DNA of 64,000 nucleotides from a virus (IMGVR_UViG_3300035208_005635:1-64000); one strand, 5' to 3'; positions 38,710 through 48,791 are shown, counted from the first letter of the stretch. Notes: a model not told the origin generated them from the sequence alone. Translations and numbers: made by a program.

Positions 38710-39126
38710 ATTTTTTTAAACTTAAAAATAATTAGTTAATGCTTCTAGTATTGCTTCTCCTAAGGTTACTGCTTCTTTCTTATTCTTCGGTGCATCATCC
38801 ATACACATTATGTCCCCAATGGTGTCGCTTACAAAATCTTTTATTATTTGTGGTGTCATAACTTTTTATATTTTAACGAATTAAGATGTTCTAAATACAT
38901 ATTTTTGCAAATCGCAAAGTTTATAGGTCCTCTCCTACGCCGTCAAAAGAGTCATCATCTATATCGCGTTCTAAAGGCTCGTCTAGGTTGATTCCACAGA
39001 ATATCCTAGGTTTTGGTGCTGGCGGTTTTATTTCTGGCATATTAGGCTTGTGATGCTAGCCATTTTAGAACGATAAAGGCTATCGTTATGAAAAAGGCTA
39101 GGCATTTAATAAATTCTTTTAACATA

Positions 39127-39573
39127 TTAAGGTTTTTTTAGTAAGTTAGGGCGATTAGTGATTGCTTTGATTATCTCGTCTTCAAGAACGGTTTTTTCTT
39201 GTTGCATCTCTTTTATCTCTTTTTCTTTTTCACCAACACGATAGTTTATACTTGAAATTCTTTCTTTTGAATTTTCTATAAACTTTTTGTCCTCTTCTGC
39301 TTGCTCTTTTTCTACTTCCTTTTCCGCTTTATCTTTATCTCCCGACAAAAAGAATCTTTTTTGTTCTAAGTCATCCTCATCTACGCTATGTTGCCAATGC
39401 TGATTGCCTTTCAGAGGTCTGGCTTTATAGGAAATTTCTTCCTTGGTTTTTGTTTTAGTAAAAATAACTTCTTCTATTTCATATTCAACTATTCGGTATT
39501 TGGTGTGATACTTATGTCGATAATTTTCAACACTTAATAATTTGTCTCCTACTTTTTGTTCTTGAATTTTCAT
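39127..39573 (-). CDS. hypothetical coiled-coil protein
   Basis: 148 aa. KE-rich C-terminal half. Confidence 0.4.
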   Translation of the reverse strand: MKIQEQKVGDKLLSVENYRHKYHTKYRIVEYEIEEVIFTKTKTKEEISYKARPLKGNQHWQHSVDEDDLEQKRFFLSGDKDKAEKEVEKEQAEEDKKFIENSKERISSINYRVGEKEKEIKEMQQEKTVLEDEIIKAITNRPNLLKKP

Positions 39574-39578
39574 AAAAA

Positions 39579-39926
39579 TTATTTTTTTAATGAATTTTTT
39601 ATAATAAAAAATCCTTTCTTATATTGACTTCTCCAAAAATCATAATCAAAGATTTTATATTTTTCTAAGGAATACATCGGTATTGGTCTAACATTAGAAT
39701 ATGAACTAAAAACATCATACATACCAAAAGGTATAAAAGTTATTTTAGTTATTCCTTTTATAACTTTTTCTCCCTCTTCAAGAGGGATTACTACGCCCAG
39801 TAGTGTTTCTTTCGTTCCTTTCTTATCGTTATCTCTTACTAATTTAAGAGCTTCTTTATACGATATTTTTTTTAATCCTTTTGTCTTTATCATAAGTATG
39901 AAATAAATAAATAAATTCCTGACCAT
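39579..39926 (-). CDS. hypothetical protein
   Basis: 115 aa ORF. Confidence 0.35.
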   Translation of the reverse strand: MVRNLFIYFILMIKTKGLKKISYKEALKLVRDNDKKGTKETLLGVVIPLEEGEKVIKGITKITFIPFGMYDVFSSYSNVRPIPMYSLEKYKIFDYDFWRSQYKKGFFIIKNSLKK

Positions 39927-39950
39927 AAATAAATTATGGGCAGAGTTTTT

Positions 39951-40223
39951 TTATTTAATAAATTTTGAATCGCATACTAAAACATCGCCAACTATAATCC
40001 AATTAGACTTATAGGCTTCTTGATAGATTTTAGTAGCTTCTATGTTTATGTCTAACTTTAAAGGATGTCCATCATCATTTACTACCATTACTCTATACTC
40101 CGGTAATCTTACTATTTGTATATAGCCCCTGACAGCTGTCTGAAGCTCGCCTAGAGAGTATTCTCTTCCTCTTGGATTATACTCTTCAGAAGAGCCGTCA
40201 GTTTTTAGAATAAAGTTTTTCAT
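39951..40223 (-). CDS. hypothetical protein
   Basis: 90 aa ORF. Confidence 0.35.
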   Translation of the reverse strand: MKNFILKTDGSSEEYNPRGREYSLGELQTAVRGYIQIVRLPEYRVMVVNDDGHPLKLDINIEATKIYQEAYKSNWIIVGDVLVCDSKFIK

Positions 40224-40629
40224 AGTCTAATTTTTTAGTAAATAATTCGTCTAGTTCAGGATACTTTTTAGAAAAGTCTGGGTCATAGATATAATCTGAA
40301 AAATAATCAGCTACCATTTCGTTTATGATTTTATCCTGTGTATTATAATTCTTGCTATATGTCTTTAATGGCATATATCTGCGGATAACATTCTTTACTT
40401 CATCATCCTTTAAGAATAAAAAATGTCCTTCTTCGTGTCCTAATGTGTGATTCATCTCTTTTTCAGAGCGTCCTAATTGAAGGACTATGGTTTTACTATA
40501 TCGACAACCAACGACAGTGCTAACTTTGTCTACTCTACTCTCTTGTTCGATACCGCAGGTTTTTTGAGCATTATCAGAAAAGATAATATTCAATCCAAAA
40601 TATGCGGATATAAGATAGGTTATAGGCAT
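40198..40629 (-). CDS. hypothetical HExxH zinc-metallopeptidase-like protein
   Basis: MNHTLGHEEGHFLF contains HExxH. Confidence 0.35.
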   Translation of the reverse strand: MPITYLISAYFGLNIIFSDNAQKTCGIEQESRVDKVSTVVGCRYSKTIVLQLGRSEKEMNHTLGHEEGHFLFLKDDEVKNVIRRYMPLKTYSKNYNTQDKIINEMVADYFSDYIYDPDFSKKYPELDELFTKKLDYEKLYSKN

Positions 40630-40630
40630 A

Positions 40631-40873
40631 TTATTTTAAGGTTACTTTATGGTATTTTCCATCAATACCAAATTCTTTGGTTACGTGAAAAATGTAGTCT
40701 ATGTCTTCTTCCTCCATTTCAATGTCATATGCCATTTTCCAATACTTGATAAATTCCTTATTAGAACCTGTCAATCCATAATATAATTCGGCGTCTTTTT
40801 CATTATCGCCATTATAGTAATAGGCGATAAATAGTTTTAATTTTTTAGCCTTTTTAGCTTTTTTAATAGTCAT
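40631..40873 (-). CDS. hypothetical protein
   Basis: 80 aa ORF. Confidence 0.3.
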   Translation of the reverse strand: MTIKKAKKAKKLKLFIAYYYNGDNEKDAELYYGLTGSNKEFIKYWKMAYDIEMEEEDIDYIFHVTKEFGIDGKYHKVTLK

Positions 40874-40934
40874 ATTTTTTGGTCTCTTGTTATCAAAAAA
40901 TTTAGACTTTTTTGATAATTAAGAATTAAATAAA

Positions 40935-41729
40935 TTAGTCTTTTTCTGAAAATAATGCGTGAGTTGAGTCTAAGGCTATATAGTAATAACCATTACCACA
41001 ACCTTTATACTCTTCCGAATACCAAGCTCGGTTTGCTTCTGCTTTGTATTCAAATCTAGTGTCGTAACTTGTTCTGCCGTAGCAGGAATAATCTTTTTTA
41101 TTCTTTATGGCATTTGCTATATTATTCAACTCAAAGTCATTGTCGTCTTTCCAGCTTTTAATTTTCATTTTCTTGACTTCGGGCAGTATATTATATGTCC
41201 ATAAAATAGAAGTGTTTATGCCTTCTCCTCGGAGCAGTTTAGGCTCTATTAAGGCAATTGCTTTCGTTCTTTTCTCTTGTATCTCTTTCCAATTTTCTCC
41301 ATTAGACGGGGTATTATACACTTCGTAGGCTAATTTTAATTTATCTAGTCCGATGTCGAATGCTAATTTTATTTCTTCTTGAACTTCCGGCCATAGTCCG
41401 CTAGACACTAAGCGGTTAAGAACTTTTTCCCAAGCCTTCTTCCATTTCTGTTCTTCATTTCTTTTAGGGATTTCTTTTTCTTTTATAGCAATCAATCTGT
41501 CTTTATCTTCTTGAATACCCGCCCTAAGAAAATAAGTTTCCCAATAGTTTCCTTTTGCTTTTTTTCCTTTTGCTAGAATAAAAAGTTTTCCTTGTTCGCT
41601 ATAATTAGGAATGATTCTTCTTTTTTCTCCTGCCCAGAAAATTATAACTTGCTTTTCTGTTTTTAATCTTTCTAGGATTATTTCTTTAGCCTCATTAAGC
41701 GTAAATAGTCCACTTGTTTTGGTCTCCAT
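40935..41729 (-). CDS. hypothetical protein (METK start)
   Basis: 264 aa. Begins ATGGAGACCAAA. Confidence 0.45.
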   Translation of the reverse strand: METKTSGLFTLNEAKEIILERLKTEKQVIIFWAGEKRRIIPNYSEQGKLFILAKGKKAKGNYWETYFLRAGIQEDKDRLIAIKEKEIPKRNEEQKWKKAWEKVLNRLVSSGLWPEVQEEIKLAFDIGLDKLKLAYEVYNTPSNGENWKEIQEKRTKAIALIEPKLLRGEGINTSILWTYNILPEVKKMKIKSWKDDNDFELNNIANAIKNKKDYSCYGRTSYDTRFEYKAEANRAWYSEEYKGCGNGYYYIALDSTHALFSEKD

Positions 41730-41793
41730 AAAATTATTTTTAAATAAATAAATAAACTAAGAGGCGGAAATAAATTCTGCCTCCAGTGTTTAG

Positions 41794-42234
41794 TTATTTT
41801 TTAGCTTCTACTTCTTCTACTTGAGAGCGATGAAAGAGATGATAGACTTTAGGATACATATAATCTATGTCATCCTCGTCTGTTTTATTTTCTTTATTAT
41901 CTCTTTTGACTGCCATCCAAGTTATGCCGTAGATTTTACTCTTTTCTCCTTTTTTGACTTTGAAGCCATTTTGTCTCCAGCCCTGAAAGGTTTTAGAATC
42001 TACATAAGGCAATCCTTCAAGCTTCAGGGCTTTCATTTGCTTATAAACAAAATAAAATCCGTTGTAGCTTGTGCCCTTTTCTCCTGCCTCGCGAAATAAG
42101 GCTTCCGCCTCCATATCGTTTTCAGCTAAGAGCTTCGACTTTTGCCACTCTTCTCTAAGAGCAACGAAATATTCGTGTTTTTCTTCTTTGGAAAACTTTT
42201 TCTTTTCCATAAATTTTGGTCTCCTCACCACCAA
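41794..42234 (-). CDS. hypothetical protein
   Basis: 146 aa ORF. Confidence 0.4.
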   Translation of the reverse strand: MVVRRPKFMEKKKFSKEEKHEYFVALREEWQKSKLLAENDMEAEALFREAGEKGTSYNGFYFVYKQMKALKLEGLPYVDSKTFQGWRQNGFKVKKGEKSKIYGITWMAVKRDNKENKTDEDDIDYMYPKVYHLFHRSQVEEVEAKK

Positions 42235-42319
42235 GACTTTTGTAAAAGTCTTTATGGATTAAGGGTTAATTATAAACAAACCGCGGCCTCTAAGGAATAC
42301 TTAGGAGCCGTTCGTCTAT

Positions 42320-42535
42320 TTATTCTTTGTCTTTTTCTGCTATGAATACTAAACCCGTCTCTGGATATTTTACTCCTACTATTTTATACTTTTCCTCTGT
42401 TATCTGAATTCTCAATTTTACTGCCCACCCTCTAATGTCTTCTGCTCTTGTAAAATCCCCTAAGGATTCCATTAAAATTATCTGTTTCATCAGAATATTA
42501 TAATAGATAACAAGAGCTTGAACTTTTTTGTCCAT
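42320..42535 (-). CDS. hypothetical protein
   Basis: 71 aa ORF. Confidence 0.3.
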   Translation of the reverse strand: MDKKVQALVIYYNILMKQIILMESLGDFTRAEDIRGWAVKLRIQITEEKYKIVGVKYPETGLVFIAEKDKE

Positions 42536-42552
42536 AACTTTTTTTTGATTAT

Positions 42553-42990
42553 TTATTTATATTCTATTAAATCGTAAATACAACCTTTTTCTTCATCCAT
42601 TACCATCTCGATTTTATAGCCTAACTTTAATAGCTCGGTTTCAAGTCTTTCACGCTCTTCTTCTATGTCTGCTTCTCTGTCTCTTAATTGCCCTAATGTC
42701 ATATCTTGAACAACCATCTCCGCTTCTTCCGCTTCTATGTCATCAGGAATATCGTCATTGATTTTGAAAGGGTCATTGCTCGCATCTGCGATTGCTTCAC
42801 CTATTTTCTCATAGGCTATTTGATTACTTTTCCACTGGGTAAATAGTGTTTTAGTAATCTTTTCTTTCTCCTCTTCGATGTATTTTTGTCCTAGCTTTTC
42901 ATCTGTCGGGCTTAGAACAACAACGCCATTCTTCCAAACTTCCCAATAACCGAATTGTTCGGTCTTTTTTAATTCAAATTTGGTCTCCAT
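42553..42990 (-). CDS. hypothetical acidic protein (METK start)
   Basis: 145 aa. Begins ATGGAGACCAAA. Confidence 0.45.
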   Translation of the reverse strand: METKFELKKTEQFGYWEVWKNGVVVLSPTDEKLGQKYIEEEKEKITKTLFTQWKSNQIAYEKIGEAIADASNDPFKINDDIPDDIEAEEAEMVVQDMTLGQLRDREADIEEERERLETELLKLGYKIEMVMDEEKGCIYDLIEYK

Positions 42991-43060
42991 AAATTTTTTT
43001 ATATTTAATAAATAAAATAATAAGCTGAAAAAGAATATCTTTCAGCTTACTGTTTATTTT

Positions 43061-43396
43061 TTAAAAATGACTTATGATTCCCGAGAAGGCTTTTTCTGCT
43101 TTTTCTATTGTTGAAAAAGTCGCTCCAAAGTATTCATTTTCCCAACCTTGTTCGCATTCAGCGATACAAAGCATACCAGCGTCAACTCCAATGACTTGTC
43201 CTTTATAAGTCATTGAACCGTCTCCGTTAGGGGTGCCGTCTATCTTATGAAAGATTATTGCCTTATTATCGCTTCTACGAGCAGAAATTAAAGGCATCGC
43301 TTGCCCCTCAAAATTACAACCTAATTCGCAAATGGCGTGATACTGCCTGCTATTCATTATATAGCAAGGGTCAGTGATAATGAATTTTTTGGTCTC
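43061..43396 (-). CDS. hypothetical protein (start placed at the internal METKKF Met, not the 43456 ORF start)
   Basis: The ORF track gives 43061..43456. The conserved ATGGAGACCAAA start at 43396 is more likely the true initiation codon. Confidence 0.4.
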   Translation of the reverse strand, partial: ETKKFIITDPCYIMNSRQYHAICELGCNFEGQAMPLISARRSDNKAIIFHKIDGTPNGDGSMTYKGQVIGVDAGMLCIAECEQGWENEYFGATFSTIEKAEKAFSGIISHF

Positions 43397-43592
43397 CATA
43401 AAATTATTTTTTTCTTTGCTCTTAAATTGAGCAATAAAGGAAAGAGAAAGGGTCAACCTTTCTCCTCTACTTTATGGCTAAATTGTCCTCGGTAGAATTT
43501 TAGGTAAACTCTAAACCCGCAACAGGGGCAGATAAACCAATTGATAAAGTCTATCAACTGTTTATACCCCTCGCCTTTACATTTAGGGCATA

Positions 43593-43988
43593 TCATATTA
43601 GATTTTTTTCCTTAAATGAATAAAAAGCTTCTTTGGTAAATATGACGTGGTCTAATACTTCTATGCCTAAAATTTCTCCCGCCTTTACCAATCTTTCTGT
43701 AACCTTTCTGTCATCTTCAGAAGGTTCTATTTCTCCTGAGGGGTGATTATGGGCAATGATAATTGAATTAGTGTGATTGACTATCGCTGTTCTAAATGTT
43801 TCTCTTGGGTGAACTAAGCTGGCATTTAAAGTCCCAACGCTTACTATTTCAGAAACAATAATTTCATTTCTGGCATTTAGCAAGTGAACTAAAAAATGTT
43901 CTTTGAATTCACTCAATAGCATACCTCTTAAAATCTCCACCGCTTGCTTTGCGGAATTGACTTCAACTTTTTCTTTTTTGGTCTCCAT
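43593..43988 (-). CDS. radC: RadC-like JAB/MPN domain protein (METK start)
   Basis: IIIAHNHPSGEIEPSEDDRKVT contains the JAMM motif HNHPSG...D. Confidence 0.7.
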   Translation of the reverse strand: METKKEKVEVNSAKQAVEILRGMLLSEFKEHFLVHLLNARNEIIVSEIVSVGTLNASLVHPRETFRTAIVNHTNSIIIAHNHPSGEIEPSEDDRKVTERLVKAGEILGIEVLDHVIFTKEAFYSFKEKNLI

Positions 43989-44058
43989 AATGTTTTTAGA
44001 TTAAAAAATTATCGTCAGAAGCCTGTCAGATACTTTATGGGTATTTGACAGAATCTAA

Positions 44059-44448
44059 TTATAATTTTACCTGATAGCTTTCACCGCTTATTTTGTCGGT
44101 TACAGCTATTGCACTATAGCCCTCTGCTTGGGCATATTCTGCGAATTGAGCATAGCTACCGACTTCTTCCTCATTAGCCTCGTTTACAAATTGTCTTTCG
44201 TCTATAGGGCAATTAGGGACATCAGAGGATAGACGCTTAATTCTAAAAACTTTTCCAACGCTCTCTAGCTCTTCTATGTCTTCTTCCTCTTCTTCAATGC
44301 CTCTAAGCTCTAAAAAGTCCTTAATCGCACTCGATAGCTTCAAAGCGGATAAATTATGGTCGGTCGCTATCATTTTTATACTTTCCTCAAAAGTTCCCTT
44401 GCTTATTAACTCAGCAAGGTTTTTGACTGTGTAGTTTTTGGTCTCCAT
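44059..44448 (-). CDS. hypothetical acidic protein (METK start)
   Basis: 129 aa. Begins ATGGAGACCAAA. Confidence 0.4.
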   Translation of the reverse strand: METKNYTVKNLAELISKGTFEESIKMIATDHNLSALKLSSAIKDFLELRGIEEEEEDIEELESVGKVFRIKRLSSDVPNCPIDERQFVNEANEEEVGSYAQFAEYAQAEGYSAIAVTDKISGESYQVKL

Positions 44449-44498
44449 ATTATTTTTAGAAAAAATTAAAAACTTATTGAGATTTTAATTTTTCTTTA

Positions 44499-45068
44499 TT
44501 ATTTCCATAACTTGTAAAAGCTATGGTTTCCTATTTTAATAGTAAAATACTCGTCTTTGCACCAACTCAAATCCGTTGAATGTTCTATGCGGAGATAATG
44601 GTCTGCCTTTCCTGTTATGTCAACGGGGATTTCGTCAATCATTGTTTCTATACTTTTTAAAACTTCTTTTTGGCTATTATTTATATCAATTTTTCCTCTG
44701 AGAAAATCTCTCGCTCTTGCGTATAAATAATTACCATCGGAAAAAGCTGTGAACTGATTTTCAGCCGATATAATTTCATAAATATTAGTATTATATTTAT
44801 CCGCTCGGTTGAATATGACATTTATTACCGCCTGCCGTCCTCGCTCGCCTTCTCCTAATGTTTCAGCAAATACTACTGCTATAACTTTAATTTTTTTGTC
44901 ATAGCTAATATTAGTTCTATAATCTTTGTCAAAATTGCGAATTAGCACTCCTTTATTTATCGGCAATCTCGGAGGAAAAAATGTTTCTTCCGTCATTGCT
45001 CCATAAACAGGAAAGCTAATTATTATCATTATAAAACTAAAAAGTATCACTTTGATAGATGTTTTCAT
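44499..45068 (-). CDS. secreted cell-wall hydrolase, SleB-like (Hydrolase_2)
   Basis: Signal peptide. VIAVVFAETLGEGERGRQAVINVIFNRA resembles the SleB-family motif. Confidence 0.5.
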   Translation of the reverse strand: MKTSIKVILFSFIMIIISFPVYGAMTEETFFPPRLPINKGVLIRNFDKDYRTNISYDKKIKVIAVVFAETLGEGERGRQAVINVIFNRADKYNTNIYEIISAENQFTAFSDGNYLYARARDFLRGKIDINNSQKEVLKSIETMIDEIPVDITGKADHYLRIEHSTDLSWCKDEYFTIKIGNHSFYKLWK

Positions 45069-45981
45069 ATTATTTTGAGGTAATTTGACGATGAAGAGAA
45101 GTTAATCTAACATATTCAGGATTCTCTTTATTGTCTTTACCGTTAATAATAAGAATATCAATTTTTTTGTTGAGAGTTCTCAACGCTTCTGTCTTGTTCA
45201 TATTTTTTTTATTTTTATTTTTATGGGATTATATTCCCAAAATTATAAAGCCAATCACCTCGCTTCAAATCATCTATCTAAAATTTGATAGATTATTGAA
45301 TGCCTTATGGTTTAGCGATAATTGGCTTTACTATTTGCGTATATAATTTAGCCGCTTTTGCCTATAATATAGGCTTCAAGCAGATAAAAAACAAAACAAA
45401 AGTTAAAAACTGATTAGACAGCTTTTAACTTTAATTTGATTTCTATTTATGGTCAACTCTATTTATCCATCCGGCAAATTAAGTTTTTAAATAATCAAAC
45501 GGGGAAAGTCAAAAAATTAAATTCTTAACTTCCCGCCGTTTGCTTATTTATAATTAAAAATAGTCTAATTATTAGCCCGCAAGTGTAATTTACGAAGTGG
45601 TTTTATTTGGGAAAATAAATTTCTCAAATGTCTCTTTTAAGGCCAGCCTCAAATAAATGAGGTAAAGATTTATATTAGCTTAGTAGCTTCAAAATCTCTT
45701 AAAGCTTCGTTTCTCCGTTTTTGAGTGGGGCACTTCTTTTCCCTCACCTCAAATACAATCCTTTCACCTTCAACTTGCTTAACTAATAACTATTTTTTTT
45801 AATGTTTTTAAATATCAATCAATAATGTTTTAAGTTGTCCATTTTTTAACTCTTCTTAATTAAACAACTTTAATAACTTATAATCTAATTATAGCTTATT
45901 TTTCATTTAATGTCAACCCTAAGCGGGGGCGAAATAGGCTATTTTTTAGCTTAATATTAGCGGTTATTTAAGAGGTTAAAA

Positions 45982-45994
45982 GTTATCCACAGTC
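45982..45994 (+). promoter_or_regulatory. isolated DnaA-box-like element GTTATCCACAGTC (copy A)
   Basis: Truncated copy of the promoter upstream element. Lies in the non-coding strand-switch region. Confidence 0.4.
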
Positions 45995-46046
45995 TTTCGC
46001 TTAAAACGGCATAAATAAAAATAAAAAAATAATATTAAAAAACGGA

Positions 46047-46060
46047 ATTATCCACAGTCT
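46047..46060 (+). promoter_or_regulatory. isolated DnaA-box-like element ATTATCCACAGTCT (copy B)
   Basis: Second truncated copy, 65 bp downstream of copy A. Confidence 0.4.
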
Positions 46061-47020
46061 AATAATAAACCAATCAAAAATTTTAGCCTTTTCTGTCGCT
46101 TAACTCTACACAATTAAAAAACTGATTGGCGGCGTAAACTACACAAAAAGCAAAATCAAAAAAACGGAAATCAAAAACAACTAAAAGCTAATAAATATAA
46201 ATACTATTTCGCAGTTTTCTAACACCCGCCCGCATAACAAAAAATTGACAGAAAATAAAATAAGTAGCGATAAAAAGACAAATAAAACGGCAAGCGGGCT
46301 ATTTGAGAAGAGAGAAAAAAGTGGTGAGATTTTTAATTATTGTCAATTAAATATCTAAAAAACAAGATAAGCAAAAAACAAAATGAGAGCTAAAACATAA
46401 TGAGTAAAAAAAGAATATAATATAATAAACATAAACATTTCCGCAATAATAGAATTCTCAGAGAAATTGAAAGCATATAGAGAGATAAAAGTAAAAGAGC
46501 ATAAGAGAATGAGGGGGCGGATATTAGATGTAAAAAAACTGATTGATGTTAAATAAGCAAATAATAGGCAGATAAATGCCGATAAATATTAAACGATTGG
46601 CTAACATTCGCTTACGCATAGCATAGACAGATAGACATATAATAGGCAGGTAGACGAGCATTAGGCTAAGACAGGCTATTCTCGTAGCTTTGATATTAGC
46701 CTATAATACAGCCAAAAAGAACACTGCTAATAATAGCCACTAATAGCTAATATTAAACAATAGCCATTCTATTGCCTTTAACCGACCCACTAGAATGGCG
46801 TAGAATAAATAAATAACAATAAGTCCGCATAAGAGATATCTTTCAGAGATTCCCTCGTTGATAGCTAATATAAGGCATATATACCCCCCTATAAATATCT
46901 AAAGGGTTAATTTATAACAATATCAATGATAGCCTTTCAATTTCTCTAGAATTTTTAATAACCCGATTAGTTTTTTAATTTTAATAAAAAGCATATAATA
47001 TATGGCTAATATCAGATAAA

Positions 47021-47068
47021 GTTATCCACAGATTAGGTATTGACTTTTTTTGTAATTTTTGCTATGCT
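47021..47068 (+). promoter_or_regulatory. conserved sigma70-type promoter P5 (plus strand)
   Basis: GTTATCCACAGATTAGGTA then TTGACT-N17-TATGCT. The -35 hexamer is at 47040-47045 and the -10 at 47063-47068. AT-alternating repeats follow before the ATG at 47145. Confidence 0.6.
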
Positions 47069-47144
47069 GTATATAGATATATAAATATATACATTTTTTA
47101 TTTAATTTATTACCGTATATAAATATATAGATATATAAAGATAT

Positions 47145-47465
47145 ATGGCTACTACAAAGATATTATTTTCTATAGAGCAGAAGAAAAAAGACTTATTTAA
47201 ACTAAAGGCTGTTTCGGAGAGAAAGACCATTACCGAGGTGCTAGTTAAATTTGTCGATAGCTATATCGGCAAAGGTTCTCCTGAAAATAATAAACAATTT
47301 GAATTTAGCGAAAAATCTGAGGAATTTCAAAAAGGATTAATTCCTCCTAAAGAAGAAGTTAGTGTTATTTCAGAAAAGGCTGAAAATTCTGCGGAGGTTA
47401 AGACAATCCCTAGAGCTAATCATTCTAATAAAAAGCCTTATCCTACTTTTTTTAAGAAAGTTTAA
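47145..47465 (+). CDS. possible ribbon-helix-helix (CopG/Arc-like) DNA-binding protein
   Basis: The N-terminal KILFSIEQKKKDLFKLKAVSERKTITEVLVKFVDSYI pattern is RHH-like. First gene of the plus-strand block. Confidence 0.35.
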   Translation: MATTKILFSIEQKKKDLFKLKAVSERKTITEVLVKFVDSYIGKGSPENNKQFEFSEKSEEFQKGLIPPKEEVSVISEKAENSAEVKTIPRANHSNKKPYPTFFKKV

Positions 47466-47857
47466 TATTTAAAAATATGCCAACAAAAATAGAAGAAATA
47501 GAAAAATTAAGAGAGGCGGTTATTAAAAAGCATTTTCCTCATTTGAATAATCCGGTTTTCTGTAATTATGTTCCGGTCGGGGGGGTGTCTTGTAATAGCC
47601 TCATACGAAGATTTACAGAGGCAAGAAGCACATATTGATAATAAAGTCTTATATTATGTTAAATTAGGCATCAAAGCCGAGGATTTAGCTAATAAAAAAT
47701 AATTTAATTATTATGAACATCAAAAAAATTATTAGTGAACACAAACGTCTTAAGAAAAGCCAGCCTGTAAAATACGGGTTTAAGCGGGTAGAAGCCATTG
47801 TTGAGGAAAACGGCTTTTTATCGACAAGACATATAGACATTAAAGCAAATTGAGATT

Positions 47858-48112
47858 ATGAGAGAAAAAATAGTATTACATTTAAATAAAGGGCATTTAA
47901 AGATAATTCGCAATAATGCTGAAGTGTTTTTGCCTATAGAAGCCGTTAAATTAATCTCTGATATGCTAGAAGCTTCAGGAATGACAAATCAAGAGATTAA
48001 AAAGAGTGTTTGGAAAGAGACTGAATATGATATTGGCTTTTCTTTGGTCCGAGCCGATATAGATAGCCCTGTAAGATGGTTCAGTAAAAAAATTATTATT
48101 AAGCCTTTATAA
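47858..48112 (+). CDS. hypothetical protein
   Basis: 84 aa ORF. Confidence 0.35.
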   Translation: MREKIVLHLNKGHLKIIRNNAEVFLPIEAVKLISDMLEASGMTNQEIKKSVWKETEYDIGFSLVRADIDSPVRWFSKKIIIKPL

Positions 48113-48278
48113 ATATGTTTAATTTTAAAAAAAGGCTAGACAAAGTAGAAATGCCTGTTGCTTTGTCGATTAGTTGGAAGACTACTAGTAAAGTCGATAA
48201 CGCTTATTTGGCAAAAATGCAGAAAGCTATTAAAATGTCTATAGAAGAAGACGGTAGTAAAGTAATATCTATAAAAAG

Positions 48279-48349
48279 GGTTTAGTAGCCAAGTGGAAAG
48301 GCAGGGGTCTGCAAAACCCCGAACATAGGTTCGATTCCTGTCTAGGCCT
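48279..48349 (+). tRNA. tRNA-Cys (anticodon GCA)
   Basis: Acceptor ggtttag/ctaggcc with two G-U pairs. Anticodon stem ggggt/acccc with loop ctGCAaa. T-arm atagg-ttcgatt-cctgt. Confidence 0.75.
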
Positions 48350-48359
48350 CAAAATATTT

Positions 48360-48791
48360 ATGAACCACAAATTTAAAAAAGCTAGAAAAGTAACGGAAAA
48401 AGAAAAAATATATTGCGGAGGAAAACCAGAAGCAATTATTCCAGAAAAACCCAAAGTTTCTGCAGGGATAAAAAAATATGAATGTAAAAGAGGAAAAGGA
48501 AAGCATATTTTTGAAATTGTTCCTAAAAATCAGAAAAAGCATAAATACGATAGTTGGATAGAATATAAATGTAAGTTTTGCGGTAAAGAAGAATACCGAA
48601 TAATATCAATGGGTTATAAAAAAACTTCTAATGGATATTATACAAAAAAAGAACCTAAAAAATGTCCTATTTGTGGAAAGGAAGTCATACCTGATTTAGA
48701 AAGTTTAGATAAAAAAGGATTGTGGGATGAGCATACTTTTAAATATAACTGTAATTGTCATAATAAAGATTTAAGAGTTTCGATAGGTTAG
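48360..48791 (+). CDS. hypothetical Cys-rich zinc-ribbon protein
   Basis: CKFCGKEEY ... CPICGKE ... CNCHNK. Confidence 0.4.
   Translation: MNHKFKKARKVTEKEKIYCGGKPEAIIPEKPKVSAGIKKYECKRGKGKHIFEIVPKNQKKHKYDSWIEYKCKFCGKEEYRIISMGYKKTSNGYYTKKEPKKCPICGKEVIPDLESLDKKGLWDEHTFKYNCNCHNKDLRVSIG

Noticed and set aside
8978-47030. Reading TTATCCACA boxes as a chromosomal oriC
   Set aside because: Each complete copy is followed at a fixed distance by a good -35/-10 pair and a gene start. They are better explained as promoter-associated elements; only the two isolated copies at 45982 and 46047 might be origin-related.
45347-47144. Hidden genes in the 1.8-kb gap under an alternative genetic code
   Set aside because: TAA, TAG and TGA are all frequent in all six frames. 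A tRNA-Trp(CCA) is present and standard-code ORFs elsewhere are long and well packed, so recoding is unlikely.
48269-48542. Two minus-strand ORFs (48269-48454 and 48342-48542) in the ORF track
   Set aside because: They overlap tRNA-Cys and the antisense strand of the 48360-48791 gene, and are F/L-rich translations of an AT-rich antisense strand. Judged spurious.
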